This document shows positions 31,624 through 45,947 of a stretch of DNA of 64,000 nt, piece after piece. Numbering within the stretch: the first letter of the stretch is position 1; each line of letters begins with the position of its first letter. This DNA is from Octopus vulgaris. Taxonomy: Eukaryota. The notes beneath the pieces were generated by a model. The model ran no database searches. It had not been told where the DNA came from and saw only the letters and a program-made list of their open reading frames with translations. The stretch covers positions 113,522,001 to 113,586,000 of the forward strand of contig OX597814.1 in assembly GCA_951406725.2 (NCBI GenBank), written 5' to 3'. Both the position numbers and the translations under genes were made by a program.

Positions 31624-31854
31624 TACACGTGAGTGTGTTTGTACATTATATATATATATAAATATATATATTCTCTTACTTTTTATTTGTTCCAGTCACC
31701 TGACTGTGGCTATGCTGGAGCACCGCCTTTAGTCGAACAAATCGACCCCAGGACTTATGCTTTGTAAGCCTGGTACATATTCTATCGGTCTCTTAGGCTG
31801 AACTGCTAAGTTTCGGGGACGTAAACACACCAACATCGTTTGTCAATATATATA

Positions 31855-32030
31855 TTTATTGCCCGCAAGGGGCTAAACATACAGGGAACAAACAAGGACA
31901 GACAAAGGGATTAAGTCGATTACATCGACCCCAGTGCGTAACTGGTACTTATTTAATCGACCCCGAAAGGATGAATGGCAAAGTCGACCTCGGCGGAATT
32001 TGAACTCAGAACGTAGCGGCTGACGAAACA
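31855..32030 (-). mobile_element. SINE family B fragment
   Basis: GTCGATTACATCGACCCCAGTGCGTAACTGGTAC..AAGTCGACCTCGGCGGAATTTGAACTCAG. Confidence 0.85.
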
Positions 32031-32525
32031 CGTATATTATATATATATTGTATATATACACATGCATGCATTTTTATACGTGTATACATTGCATGTGTTT
32101 TTCAGTTTTTGTTTAGTCCTCATTATTTACATTTTTAAACATTTTTCTTACGTCATAAGTATCTGGGAACTGAGTAAATTTTGAAATAATTATTTTTTAA
32201 TAGGATAGGAATGTGGAATAGACAAAGCTATGAATTATATGTTGAATATTAGATTTAAAAAACCGTGAATGGAAAAGTCGAAGGGCGCATGGCTGTTTCG
32301 CCATCGGCTACCACTTCTGTTGCGTTCACGGAAAACAAAGGTTCGAATCCGATTTGTCGTCTTCAACCTTTTACTATCCAAGGGGAAAATTTTTAACCCA
32401 ATCTTCTACATACTAGTATTTATAGTTTTATCTACTTCGAGTTCTGCCTTCAAAAACAATTTATTTAATGAAGCGTTCAGGGAATATACACTATTTTGCA
32501 AAATTTCCACAGAAACCGTTTACAA

Positions 32526-33183
32526 CAGTGGTCATCAAACTTTTATTTCCGGTGGACCCTTTTCATTCCTATTTTACCCTACCGGTTCCCCCATAGTCAT
32601 TCGATGTTAAAAAATAACCTATTGTAATTTCATGTTTAAACGATATTAACAATTGTATGAAAAAAATTAAAATGCAGGATTGGCTGTGTGGTAAGTAGCT
32701 TGCTTACCAACCACATGGTTCCGGGTTCAGTCCCACTGCGTGGCACTTTGGGCAAGTGTCTTCTACTATACCTCGGGCCGACCAAAGCCTTGTGAGTAGA
32801 TTTGGTAGACGGAAACTGAAAGAAGCCCGTCCTATATATGTATATATATATGTATGTGTGTTTGTCTCTGTTTGTCCCCCCAACATCGCTTGACAACCAA
32901 TGCTGGTGTGTTTACGTCCCCGTAACTTAGCGGTTCGGCAAAAGAGACCAATAGAATAAGTACTAGGCTTACAAAGAATAAGTCCTGGGGTCTTTTTGCT
33001 CGACTAAAGGCGATGATCCAGCATGGCCGCAGTCAAATGACTGAAACAAGTAAAAGAGTAAAAGAGTATAGTAGAAGTATAATCGATTCTGTTGCACATA
33101 AATTTTAAAAGCAAAATCTTATAAGGACCTCAAAGAGTCTTACGGATCCTTAAGCATCATATGGACCCGGTTGAGAATCACTG
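32526..33183. mobile_element. hAT-like MITE interrupted by a SINE
   Basis: Termini CAGTGGTCATCAAAC / GGTTGAGAATCACTG; related copies near 36695-37340 and 42835-43066. Confidence 0.65.
32674..33070 (+). mobile_element. SINE family A, full-length
   Basis: Complete head, body and (AAAAGAGT)n tail. Confidence 0.9.
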
Positions 33184-33284
33184 GTTTCAAGTATTCCAAA
33201 GAATATTGATGTTTTAGCTTGGAATTTTTGTGTCCCATTGAGCTGTTTACAAATCTGAAAAAGCATTTAAATGAACTGTTATTC

Positions 33285-33500
33285 TTTTCTACTCTTAGGC
33301 ACAAGGCCCGAAATTTTGGGGGAGGGGGGGCAGTCGATTAGATCGATCCCAGTGCGTAACTTGTACTTAATTTATCGACCCCGAAAGGATGAAAGGCAAA
33401 GTCGACCTCGGCAGAATTTGAACTCAAAACGTAGCGGCAGACGAAATACCACTAAGCATTACGCCCGGCGTGCTAACGTTTCTGTCAGCTTGCCGCCTTT
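33285..33500 (-). mobile_element. SINE family B
   Basis: Ends in CCCGGCGTGCTAACGTTTCTG..AGCT..CCGCC. Confidence 0.85.
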
Positions 33501-33888
33501 GACATGTGCAAAATTAACAAACCCGGCCACAAGTCTTTTAAAACTAATTACGCAATAAATAGTTTCACTTGACCTTCCCCTAGCTTAATTTCGGGAGATT
33601 TAAGAAATTAATGTTATACAAATTTCACATTATACAGTAAGGTCTTAATGGTCATGGAAATGATTTTTTTCACAAACACATGGACACACTCATATATTGA
33701 GTAGTATTGTGCATCAAATATGCGAGCTAACTCATATCATAGACCACAACTAAATACATAAATGCATACATACATACATATATAACATATATACTATATG
33801 TATATGTATGTATGTATGTATGTATATATATATATATACTTATACATATACTTATACTTATGTTATTTTTATGTAGGTAGTATATTAC

Positions 33889-33920
<32 letters not shown>

Positions 33921-34155
33921 ATATATATATATATGTATATATGTATATATATATATATATGTATATATGTATATATATACGTAGTATATATATGTAGTAA
34001 ATATATATATATTTAGGATATATAGTATCTAATATAATAAATGCGAAAACTAGTTTCGTGGAGCTTAGGTGTTTTCGCGCAATAAACACTCACAACGCTC
34101 GTTCTTGGAATCGAAATCGCGATCCTATGACCTAATCACTGGGTCATTGCGCCTC

Positions 34156-34195
<40 letters not shown>

Positions 34196-34263
34196 GCATG
34201 TATATAGTGTATATATATATATACAATATATATATTGTATATGTATATATGTGTATGTGTATG

Positions 34264-34341
<78 letters not shown>

Positions 34342-34431
34342 TAGACAAATATATCATTTCCACTTGGGTTATAACTTTGGTGTATTATTGAGTGTCGGGG
34401 TGGGGATGTAATTCTGTGTAACGTACGTATT

Positions 34432-34553
34432 GAAAGACAGTTTATTTCGGGTGCAACAGCATAAAATAATTGATCGTTGCACAGAGGTCCTTGTAAATCC
34501 ATGGATATCCGACTTCCAGCCACTTATTAATCATAATCTATCTTCAGACTTTC
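34432..34553 (-). ncRNA. Degenerate hammerhead relic with long stem II
   Basis: GAAAGU-CUGAAGA...UGCAAC/GUUGCA..GAAAU-AAACU-GUC-UUUC; stem I is out of register. Confidence 0.4.
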
Positions 34554-34919
34554 GTTCCGTATTTCATGCATTTGAATATATAGATTACTGGCTGTTTATG
34601 TGTATGCATATTATATTACGTATATACGTGTGTGTTTGTGTGTGTGTGTGCGTGTGTGTGCGCGAGCATCGCACAGACACACGTATATATATATGTAGGT
34701 ATGTGTGTATGTATGCATGCGTACATGTATATGTGTTTATGTACATATATATATATATGTATATGTCTATATGTATATGTACAAATGTATATATACAAAT
34801 GTATATATAAACGCATATATGCATGTGTATATATATATGTATATATATGTCCTTATATATATACATATATATGTATGTATATATATGTGTCTGTGTGTGT
34901 ATATATGTATGTGTGTGTA

Positions 34920-35947
34920 AATTCAGTTGCTACGATGACCACCCTTGCTAGCTATGCAGATGACACAAAAGTCTCCCACGCAATACAAAACCCTGAAAAT
35001 ATTGCGCATCTGCAACATGAGCTGGACACAATATACAGGTGGGCTGAGGACAACAACATGCAGTTTAATGCAGGTAAGTTCCAGGCCCTGCGCTACTGGC
35101 ACACAAAGGTAAATGACGTGAAGACTGGATACACTGGCCCAGGAAGAATTGCAATCCCTGAGTCAAAATCAGTGCGTGACCTGGGCATTGACATGAGCAA
35201 TGATGCATCTTTCCAAATGCATATTGCTAATCTGGTGATAAAATGCAGACGGCTAGCTGGATGGATTCTCCGAACTTTCAGAACAAGAGAGGAGGAGACA
35301 CTGATGGTCCTATGGAAAACATTTGTCCTCAGCCGCTTGGACTACTGCTCCCAACTTTGGTCACCACACAATATAAAACAAACAGCAGAACTCGAAGCAA
35401 CTCAGAGAAGCTACACAAAGAAAATCGTCTCAATGCAAAATGTCAGCTACTGGGAAAGACTGAAGGCATTAAACCTCTTCTCCCTGGAGCGGAGGCGGGA
35501 GAGATGTGCAGTGATATACATCTGGAAAATCCTGGAGGGTCTTGTCCCAAACTTTGGCATTCAAAGTTACTCCAACCGCAGAACGGGCGCCGCTGCGTGG
35601 TGCCAAGGATTCCAACATCACCATCAAAATACAGGTCCAGATACTGCAACAGCTTGGGTTTCAGAGGACCACAGCTCTTTAACATCCTCCCTAAATGCCT
35701 GAGAGACTTACATGGTGTGGATGTGGGTTTCTTTAAAACTAAACTGGATCTCTTCTTGTTGGGAGTCCCAGATGAACCTACCTCACGACAGGAGACACGG
35801 ATGCGGGCAGCAGCATCGAACTCCCTTGTTGATCAAGTGCCACGTATCAGAGGTGGATTCACAAACTAGTGTAGCTCATTCAGCGGTGGTGCCCCAGCAT
35901 GGCCGCGGCCTTCGGGCTAAAACATTTTTAAGGATTTAAGGATTTAA
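34920..35947 (+). mobile_element. 5'-truncated CR1-type LINE including the RT YADD motif, frameshifted
   Basis: [10 protein letters not shown]...; nearly identical to 4933-5870; (AGGATTTA)n tail. Confidence 0.92.
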
Positions 35948-36247
35948 ATATGTATGTGTGTATGTATATATATGTATATACATATATATATATATGTATA
36001 TAATATATATGTATATACATATATGTGTATATACATATATATGCACATATATATGTATGTGTATACCTATATTTGTATATGGTATACATATATGTATATA
36101 TATACACATATGTATATGTATATACATATACAGATGTTTATATGTATATGCATATATAAATGTGTATATGTACATGCATGTGTATATGTATGAATATATA
36201 TGTATATGTACGCATGTACATATCTATGTATATATATGTATATGTAC

Positions 36248-36303
<56 letters not shown>

Positions 36304-36879
36304 GTTTGTATGTAAATACACCCACACACCCAATTCAATCTTAAACATGGAGGATACACCGAAAAGAAAGAGAAAATAAGCATCAAGAATATTGATACTG
36401 CGAAATGAAACGTTATTTTATTCCTCATCATTGACGTTTGTTAATTATTATTAATTTCACAGCAATTAATGAAACAGCTTAATGTATTTGCAGTTAACTT
36501 TTATTTGTATAAGGAATATATTACTATTTCTGTTGCGTAGCCCCAAGTCAGATCTGCTGGGGCGAGTATATGATCTAAACTACTACTCCAACCATGACAA
36601 ATACTGAGCAAAGTGTCTTTCTTATTTTTAGAAGGCAGCTTATGATTTTAAGACCATTTGGTTGCTATTTCTTGCATATTGGTCAACACCCTTGTGTTTT
36701 TGTTTCTCAACCATTTTCTACCCATGGACCGCTTCCATTTTTACTTCACTCGGATGGACCCGCCTAGCCATCCGATATTTAAAAAATTAGATATTTTTCT
36801 TTTATAATTAAATATTATTAAGAATTATGTAAAAAAATTGCTAAATTATTTTGTGTGTCGTAGAAATATAACCAATATA

Positions 36880-37265
36880 GGTGCTGGAGTGACTGTCTGG
36901 TAAGAACCTTGCTTCCCAACCACAAGGTTCCGGGTTCAGTCCCACTGCGTGGCACCTTCGGCAAGTGTCTTCTACCATAGTCTCGAGCCGACCAAAGCCT
37001 TGTGAGGGTATTTGGTAGACGGAAACTGAAAGAATCCCGTCGTATATACGTATATATGTGTATTTGTGTGTCTGTGTTTGTTCCCCACCATCGCTTGACA
37101 ACCGATGCTGGTGTGTTTACGTTCCCGTAATATAGCGGTTCGGTTAAAGAGACCAATAGAATAAGTACTAGGCTTACATAGAATAAGTTCTGGGGTTGAT
37201 TTGTTCGTCCAAAGGCGGTGCTCCAGCATGGCTGCAGTCAAATGGCTGAAACAAGTAAAAAAGAA
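36880..37265 (+). mobile_element. SINE family A
   Basis: Matches family consensus. Confidence 0.85.
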
Positions 37266-37369
37266 CAAAATAATTTATTGCAGAAAATCAAGAGAGAGAT
37301 GGCGAGCATTTTGGCAATTCATTGAACCACACATTTCTATATGTACAGTACAAGGTTTCTCATTTTGAA

Positions 37370-37731
37370 CGAAGGGCAATGTCTACCCCGGTGGAATTTG
37401 AACTCGGAACGCAAAGCCAGAAGTTATGATGCAAGGAATTTTTGACCAGCATGCTAATAATGCTCCCGCCAACTCGCCACCTTAGTAATAAATGCAACAA
37501 CAATGATAATGATTGATAATTTCAAATTTTGGCGCAAGGCCAGCACTTTCGAGGAAGCGGCTGAGTCAATGACATCGACCCCAGTGTTCAACTGGTACTT
37601 AAATTATCGATCCTGAAAAGATGAAAGGCAAAGTCAACCGCAGCAGAATTTGAACTTAGAACGTGGAGTCAGAAGAAATGCTTCTAAGCATTTCGCCCAG
37701 CGTGCTAGCGATTCTGCCAGCTTGTCACCTT

Positions 37732-37770
<39 letters not shown>

Positions 37771-38138
37771 GTAAAAATAATCCTTTCTACTATAGGCACA
37801 AGGCCTGAAATTGGTGGGGAGGGACACACTTGATTATATCGACCTCAGTGCTCGGCTGGTACTTATTTTATCGCGACGGACGAAATATCGTAAAGCATTT
37901 CGCCCACCGTGTTAACGATTCTGCCAGCTCGCCGCCTTAATGATGATGATGATGATGATGATCTTTTGTAATAAAGGTAGAAGGCCTGGAATTTTGGGGG
38001 AGTGCGTAACTGGTACCTTTTTCATTGACCCCAAAAGGATGAGAGGCAAAGTCAACCTCAGAGCTCAGTACGCGAGGACGGACCAAATGCCGCTAAGCAT
38101 TTTGCCCGTCATGCTTACTATTCTGTCAGCTCGCCGCC
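37370..38138 (-). mobile_element. Cluster of four SINE family B copies separated by trinucleotide tracts
   Basis: Repeated ..GCCAGCTCGCCGCC ends at about 37482, 37730, 37937 and 38138. Confidence 0.78.
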
Positions 38139-38334
38139 ATGATAACAACAACAACAATACTAATGATTGTATTAATCAATATCAACACCTTCACCATCAG
38201 TTGTTATAACTATTGTTGTTGCTATTTACGATAATTAAGAAACCAGAAACACGACAACCAATAAAGCAAGGAATGAACTGAATCTGAAAGAAGAAAATAT
38301 TGGGGGAGTGGAGACATGAGGAGGAGGAGGAAGA

Positions 38335-38382
<48 letters not shown>

Positions 38383-38591
38383 GGTGTTGGTGGTAGTAGT
38401 AGTAGTAGTTGTAGTAGAAGTAGTAGTAGTTATCAAATGAAAAGCGTAACCAGACTCATGATATTGTTGTTTTGATTTATGAAATCAAAAGATGCTCTGT
38501 TGAGGCGGTCATTTACCTCCCTTGACGTCAATGAGGTAAAATGATTGGCTATCATGGCGGTGATAGTGATGATGACGATGATGACGTTCGT

Positions 38592-38653
<62 letters not shown>

Positions 38654-40174
38654 GTGTGTATGTATGTATGTATGTATGTATGTGTATGTGTGTATGTATT
38701 TCTCTTTTTAATTTAGAGTAAATCTTTTGACCGGCCACCTACTTGTAATAAGGTTGTGAAGAAAAGCATCTTGTTTTGCCCATCATCCTTTTTATGTAGG
38801 TATGTATGTATGTATGTATGTATGTATGTATGTATGTGTGCGTATATGTGCCTGTATGTATGTGTATTATGTATGTATGTATGCGTGTGTATGTACGTGC
38901 GTATAAATGAATGTATGTATGTACTAATGCATGTATGTATGTATGTATGTATGCGCGTGTATGTATGTATGTATTTACGTATAAATGTATGTTTGTATGT
39001 ATGTATAAATGCATGTATGTATGTACGCATATATGTATGCGTGTGTATGTATGTATGTATGTATGTATGTATGTACGTACTTATGTATGCATGCATTCCT
39101 TTTTCTTTGAGTTTTTTCTCTTAAGTTCTTCTCAAGAGCATTCAGCCTGCTCGCTAACAAATCGACAAGTCTTACCGAGTCGAGTGAGTTCCCAGTGTTT
39201 GCAAATATGTGGTTGAGTCGAGATATGTTGGTTGCACAGAACCAAGTGTGTGCTTCTATTTAATTAGAAGATCTCACATGGGGAACTTTCGGTATATATC
39301 TCACAAATTTTTCACTCTGCCACTGTGTATGTATGTGTGAGGAAGCGATGTTTGGTTGAGTGGTTAAAAGTTCGCATCGTAAAGTACGAGGGCTCACCCC
39401 TGCTGAGTACAATTACCAAAGTTTTAGTCATTTCATTTTTTGAAAGTGAAACAGGATCGACGATAGCTATAGAAGTCCGTCGGCTGGGATAGTACCCGTA
39501 ATTGAAAAGTACCCCCCTCTCTCTCTCTAATACACACACATTCGGTCACGCTGATTCTGCCTGAAAATTCCGTTTGGAATACACGTGTCATTGGAATGAT
39601 TAGCCATTCACGTTAATTCGGTCGAACCATTTAACACTCTTCATCGAAATCGACGGTGAACCATCTATGTTACGTATTGCGTAAATGTTATTTAGATGTT
39701 ATACATGCTAGAAATATGGCAGATGCCCTCCCCAGTATAAACGGACTTAACGAACCATAGCGATAACCTCTTTATATAGATGTACAAACTTCTACAACAT
39801 TACGTACTTTCATTTTCAACGGCGTAGTTTTTCAATTTTCCTAGATTCAATACTCCGTTTTATTTCTATATTTTTTCGTTGAGTATTCTTATGGACCAAT
39901 GAGCGATTTACTATTTTAGGTGTAATTTGTATTTACATAAATATCAATAAAATAATTTAGCAATAAGAAATGATGCTAACTGGAAACAAATACTTAACGA
40001 TGGCAGTGTTCTAGTTCCACCGCAGAGCGTTGACAAGGATAACATTTTAAAGAGTAATACATACATTTTAATCTCTCGGTTGATTGGTTGTTCTCCTCGA
40101 AACTGGAGGAGAGAGTCGTCTTGCTCGCTGCCGACTTTATTTAAATAATTCCTTATAACCATTCAGTCTCTCTC

Positions 40175-40522
40175 TCTTACTCTTTCACTTGTTTCAGTCA
40201 TTTGACTGCGGCATACTGGAGCACCGCCTTTAGTCGAGCAAATCTACTCCAGGACTTATTCAAACGGTCTCTTTTGCCGAACTGCTAAGTTACAGGGACG
40301 TAAACACACCAGCATCGGTTGTCAAGCGATGTTGAGGGGACAAATACAGACACACAAACATATACACACACATACATATATATATATATACGACGGGCTT
40401 CTTTCAGTTTCCGTCTACCAAGTCCATTCACAAGGCTTTGGTCGGCGCTAGACTATAGTAGAAGACACTTGCCTAAGTTGCCACGCTATGGGAATGAACC
40501 CGGAACCATGTGGTTGGTAAGC
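40175..40522 (-). mobile_element. SINE family A
   Basis: Matches family consensus. Confidence 0.85.
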
Positions 40523-40954
40523 CAGTCCTTAACATTTGTTTAAAGTTGTTATTTTGATCTCTTTGGATATCATCAGTTCGGCGTGATTAAGAACCTGGAT
40601 CGATCAAATATTGCGTTACATTAAATTAGTTTATTAAGGAGAAAACGTGTCGCCGGGAATCAAAATCATGACCTTACGATCATGATCCGATAACCCTGAC
40701 CACGAAGCCATACACCTTCATTATGTACACACGCGCACGCGCGCACTCTTTAAAATATATAAATGAAAATATATAAATGTATATACATGTGTATAGTGTA
40801 TATGCAGTATGCATAAATGCATTCATATCTCTGTGTGTGTGCGTATGTGTGTGTGTACAGGTACTAGTATCGTAGAGTGGTCCCGGTTTGCGCAGACGCG
40901 CGTCCGCGCTAGCCAGAGGTAGGCAGTCGATCCTACGAGCTGACTGGCGCATGC

Positions 40955-41068
40955 ACGATATATACGATATATACTTGTATCGATATATACGTGTATACGA
41001 TATATACTTGTATCGATATATTCGTGTATACGATATATACTTGTATATATACGATATATACTTGTATC
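40955..41068. repeat. 33-bp CpG-containing minisatellite
   Basis: Unit TATACGATATATACTTGTATCGATATATACGTG, about three copies. Confidence 0.8.
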
Positions 41069-41545
41069 GCACGTCCCCGATTCGCGCGACACTGTGTGTA
41101 TGTTTGCGTGTTTGTCCTCCCACCATCGCTTGACAGCCAATGTTCGACTTAAGGCGGTGTTTCAGCATGGCTGCAGTCAAATGACTGAAACAAATAAAAG
41201 AATAAAAAAGAATCTATGTACGTATGTATGTATGCATATAATGTATGTCTGTGTAACATATTTGTATGTTGGTGTACCAACGAAGACGTAGTCGGTAACC
41301 TCGGGAAGAGTTCTCACTTCGTCGTCAAGGACCGCGTCCGTGGAATCGGCTTGTCCAGATATATGGATATGGTTGCCTGTAAAGCGCCGCGTTTCGGACA
41401 GAAGAAAAAAAAATCAGTGCGGTACTCCAGCATGGCCGCAGTCTGAAACAAAATGAATGGAAGTCTATATATCCATATATTCATGCAACTTATTCACATA
41501 CATACACATATATAAGTATTTATAAATATTTTTGATATATATGTA

Positions 41546-41746
41546 TCAGTCATTTGACTGCGGCCATGCTGGAGCACAGCCCTTAGTCGAGTAAATCGAC
41601 CCCAGGACTTATTCTTTGTAAGCCTAGTAATTGTTCTATCGGTCTCTTTTGCCGAACCGCTAAATTACAGGGACGTAAACACACCACCATCGGTTGTCAA
41701 GCGATATTGGGCGGGGGACACATGCTCACAAATACACACACACACA

Positions 41747-41785
<39 letters not shown>

Positions 41786-41948
41786 GACGGGCTTCTTTCA
41801 GTTTTCGTCAACCTAATCCACCCACGAGGCTCTGGTTGGCCCGAGGCTATAGTAGAAGACACTGGTCCAAGTTGCCACGCAGTGGAACTGAACCCGAACC
41901 ATGTGGTTGGTAAGCAAGCTACTTACCACACAGCCACTTCTGCGCCTA
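41546..41948 (-). mobile_element. SINE family A
   Basis: Matches family consensus. Confidence 0.87.
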
Positions 41949-41954
41949 CATATA

Positions 41955-42000
<46 letters not shown>

Positions 42001-42397
42001 GCTCAATTTTGTATATACTGTATGTGTGTATATGAATAAAGGCAATTAAATGCTTCCTCAGTGACTCCATTACATCAACAGTGGTTGGGAAATGAGAATT
42101 TCATTGTTTCTAAATCTATGTCAAATGGGTGGCAGAGGGGATGGTGAAAGGCTTGAGCTGAGGGACCGGACTTATTTCAGAGTTCATGGCGGCCATCTGT
42201 AAATACCTCCTACACGCATTTCCTGGTGGAAGGAAAAATGTGAATGGGTGCAACAAGCCTTACATCATGGACGATGTTACGATGTTTATTGTGTCAGTAA
42301 ATGTTTGTTCACACTGCGGACTTTGTACGAACTGAACGCTGTACACACACAAATACGCGCGCGCGAGTACGTACGTACGTACGTACATATGTATGTA

Positions 42398-42598
42398 CTC
42401 TTTTACGCTTTTACTTGTTTCATTCATTTGACTGTGGCCATGCTGGAGCACCGCCTTTAGTCGAGCAAATCGACTCCAGGACTTTTTGCCGAACCGCTAA
42501 GTTACGGGGACTTAAACACACCAGCATCGGTTGTCAAGCGATGTTGGGGGAGAGGGGACAAACACAGACACACAAACATATACACACATACATACATA

Positions 42599-42659
<61 letters not shown>

Positions 42660-42806
42660 CATACATTTATACGACGGGCTACTTTCAGTTTCCGTCTACC
42701 AAATCCACTCACAGGCTTTGGTCGGCCCGAGGCTATAGTAGAAGACACTTGCCCAAGATGCCATGCAGTGAGACTGAACCCAGAATCATGTGGTTCGTAA
42801 GCAAGC
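42398..42806 (-). mobile_element. SINE family A
   Basis: Matches family consensus. Confidence 0.85.
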
Positions 42807-43209
42807 TGAACGTGTATATATGTATAACTAGCTGAAGGTACTCGACCAATTTTTGCCTATGGATCCCTTAGATTTCTATATCATTCGGATGGACCCTCGT
42901 AGCCATTCGATGTTTATTAAAAAGTCGTTTAATATTTGTATACTTAAATATCGTTTGGAATTGTGTAAAAGAATTAGTACAGTTTGTGTGTTGTAAGAAG
43001 TTTAAGCTGTTCATTGCAATTTTAACAACAAAATCTTGGGTCATGTGGACCCTGGTTGAGAATCATCGATATAATTACTGTTATCTGCAGGATATCGTTT
43101 TTCCTTGACGAACTCCTACATAACCACCCATCCACCAACCCACCCACCCACCCATCCATCCATCCATCCATCCATCCATCCATCCATCCATCCATCCATC
43201 CATCCATCC

Positions 43210-43271
<62 letters not shown>

Positions 43272-43497
43272 ATACAACTAATGTAGGATAAAAATTTTTT
43301 CAAAAAAAAAAAAATTTATCAATGGTTAGCATATCAAAAAATACCTTGAAAGGTTAAATTTATAAATAACTTACAAAATAAGGGCAAAAGAAAAATTCTA
43401 ATGCCAAATATGACGAAAAAAAAGACAAAATTGTCAATAACCATTATAATTTATGCGTCTCGAAACAAGCCGATAGAAATTTCTAAAAAATCCGTTA

Positions 43498-43558
43498 TTA
43501 TCGTATTGGTCCCAATTTCAGGGTTAATTCATAAGAATTTTCCCCTCGTCAGCGATAA
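43498..43558 (-). ncRNA. Type I hammerhead ribozyme motif, well formed
   Basis: UUAUCG-CUGACGA-GGGG AA AAUUC UUAU GAAUU AA CCCU-GAAAUUGG-GA-CCAAUA-CGAUAA. All three stems paired; AUA cleavage triplet. Confidence 0.87.
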
Positions 43559-43744
43559 ATACGTAAGACATAAATGAGATACTTACTCATACCCATGGAA
43601 AAAGCAAGCACTAAGTCCTGAGCAGACCTAAGTACCCCAATAATATCCAAAATAGAAAATCTTCAGCACATCTCGAGACACGTGTGATTCGAACTAGAAA
43701 CTTTCACAGAGTGAGAGAATCCGGAAGTGAACAGTATTAAACAA

Positions 43745-43930
43745 GCACAGACAAACGGATTAAGTCGATTACATCGACCCCAGTGCGTAAATAGTACTTA
43801 ATTTATCGACCCCGAAAGGATGAAAGGCAAAGTCAACCTCGGCGGAATTTGAACTCAGAACGTAACGGCAGACGAAATACAGCTACGCATTTCGCCCGGC
43901 GTGCTAACGTTTCTGCCAGCTCGCCGCCTA
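43745..43930 (-). mobile_element. SINE family B
   Basis: Matches family consensus. Confidence 0.87.
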
Positions 43931-44544
43931 ATGTTAATTGAATAATAATTAAAATTTTTAATTAAAATACTTCTAGTTTATTTATCCTTCGAGTTAAAGC
44001 AATCCGGTTTCGTTTCATTTCGGTTTCTTTTCATTACATTCTTCAATAAAGAAGACCAAAACAGTACGAACTCTTTCGCTTTACACGACTTCACCGTCCC
44101 CCACCAAAGCAAAGCAGAAGTATTTTAATTCTAATGAACAGTTGACTCCTCATGGAAAATATATTTACATAAACTAAACTGTTATTAACATTTTCCCCTT
44201 AGATAATTAGTCATGTCTAAACGAATTACAATAATAATTTGCTTGCGTTGTTTGGAAACAAGAAAGAAATGTTTGGAGAGAGGTTATTAAAGAAGAAATG
44301 AACTAAATGTGTTGAATTTAATGGCTGACAACTGGGAATAACTGGAAGTCTTGCTACATATTTGTATGTCAACAGGGGATGTCAGGAGATGGGATGCTTC
44401 GACATAGTGTCAGCCTTGCAAATAGCTTCGGTCACTGAAATGTTAAGTAATGAATGGTGTTCACGGGAATAGCATTTGAAAATATTTTATCAAATCAGGG
44501 ATTTTTATTCCAGATTTGAGCAACTAACTATATTAATAATCACA

Positions 44545-44548
44545 CACA

Positions 44549-44599
<51 letters not shown>

Positions 44600-44950
44600 A
44601 CACACACTCTCTGTCTCTCTCTGTCTCTGTCTCAGTCTGTCTGTCTTTCTTTCTCTCTCTCGCTCACGTATTGATCTTATAAATATTGAGCAATTCTAAA
44701 CTTTACAAAGTAAACCAAGAAAACACTAGACTCTTTTAAACACACACACACTCTCTCTGTCTCTGTCTCTTTCTCTCTCTCTCTCTCTCTGTCTCTGTCT
44801 GTATATCTGTCTGTCTCTGTTTCTCTGTCTCTGTCTGTCTGTCTCTCTCTCTGTCTCTCTCGCTCACGTATTGATCTTATAAATATTGAGCAATTTTAAA
44901 CTTTATGAAGTAAACCAAGAAAACACTAGATTCTTTTAACAAACACACAC
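44545..44950. repeat. ~200-bp tandem duplication
   Basis: TCTCGCTCACGTATTGATCTTATAAATATTGAGC..AAACACTAGA at about 44657 and 44857. Confidence 0.88.
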
Positions 44951-45259
44951 AATATTGTATGTCAGTATTTGTATCAATATATATATATGTGTAAAATCAT
45001 AGTCATCATTTAAAGTTCACTTTTCTCTGATTGCAAGGGGCGGATCGACTTTCGGTGGGGCAGGATTTTTACAGCTGGATGGTCTTCCTGTTACCAAACC
45101 GCATCTGGTAAATAATCTGAGGGACTATTTCTCCATGGCCAGCAGACATGTTCTCTCAGACTATTGGAAATGAATGACATTGCATTCATGGCGGTTGACA
45201 TTCATGTACAACTATCACGTAATGTCAAGAAAAGGGGAGACAAACACAGACACATTTAT

Positions 45260-45620
45260 ATTCTTTTCTAATATAGGCACAATGCCCGAAAGTTTGGAGA
45301 AGGGACTAGTCGATTAGATCAACCCCAGTATGCAACTGGCAATTAATTTATCGACCCCAAAAGGATGAAAGGCAAAGTCGATCTCGGCAGAATTCGAACT
45401 TAGAACGTAAAAACAGACGAAATACCTATTTCTTTACTACTCACAAGGGGCTAAACACAGAGGGGACAGACAAGGACAGACAGACGGATTAAGTCGATTA
45501 TATCGATCCCAGTGCGTAACTGGTACTTTATTTATCGACTCCGAAAGGATGAAAGGCAAAGCCGACCTTGGCGGAATTTGAACTCAGAACGTAACGTTTC
45601 TGCCAGCTCTCCGCCTTACA
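45260..45620 (-). mobile_element. SINE family B dimer
   Basis: Two tandem copies of the central domain. Confidence 0.82.
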
Positions 45621-45947
45621 TTACACATTTGTATACGACTAGCTTATTTTAGTTTCCGTCTACAGGTTCACAGGTAAAAAAAATATGGTTCAGAAGCATT
45701 GTTCTAAATTTACGAATAGCGATAATTTGGTAAAAATTACTTTAAAAATTCCAGTTGTTCTTACAAAATATTCCTAGGTTCACAATTTCGCTTGCTTAAC
45801 CCTAGGATTGATAAAGGTACTAAAATTAAGCTAAAATTTCCAGTTGTGCATCTGTTTGTAACGTTGCAATTACACCTGGGTGTTATTAGAGCTCCATGTT
45901 CTGCATTACGGGTGACTAGAGGGAATGAGTATGGTTATATTTTGCAG

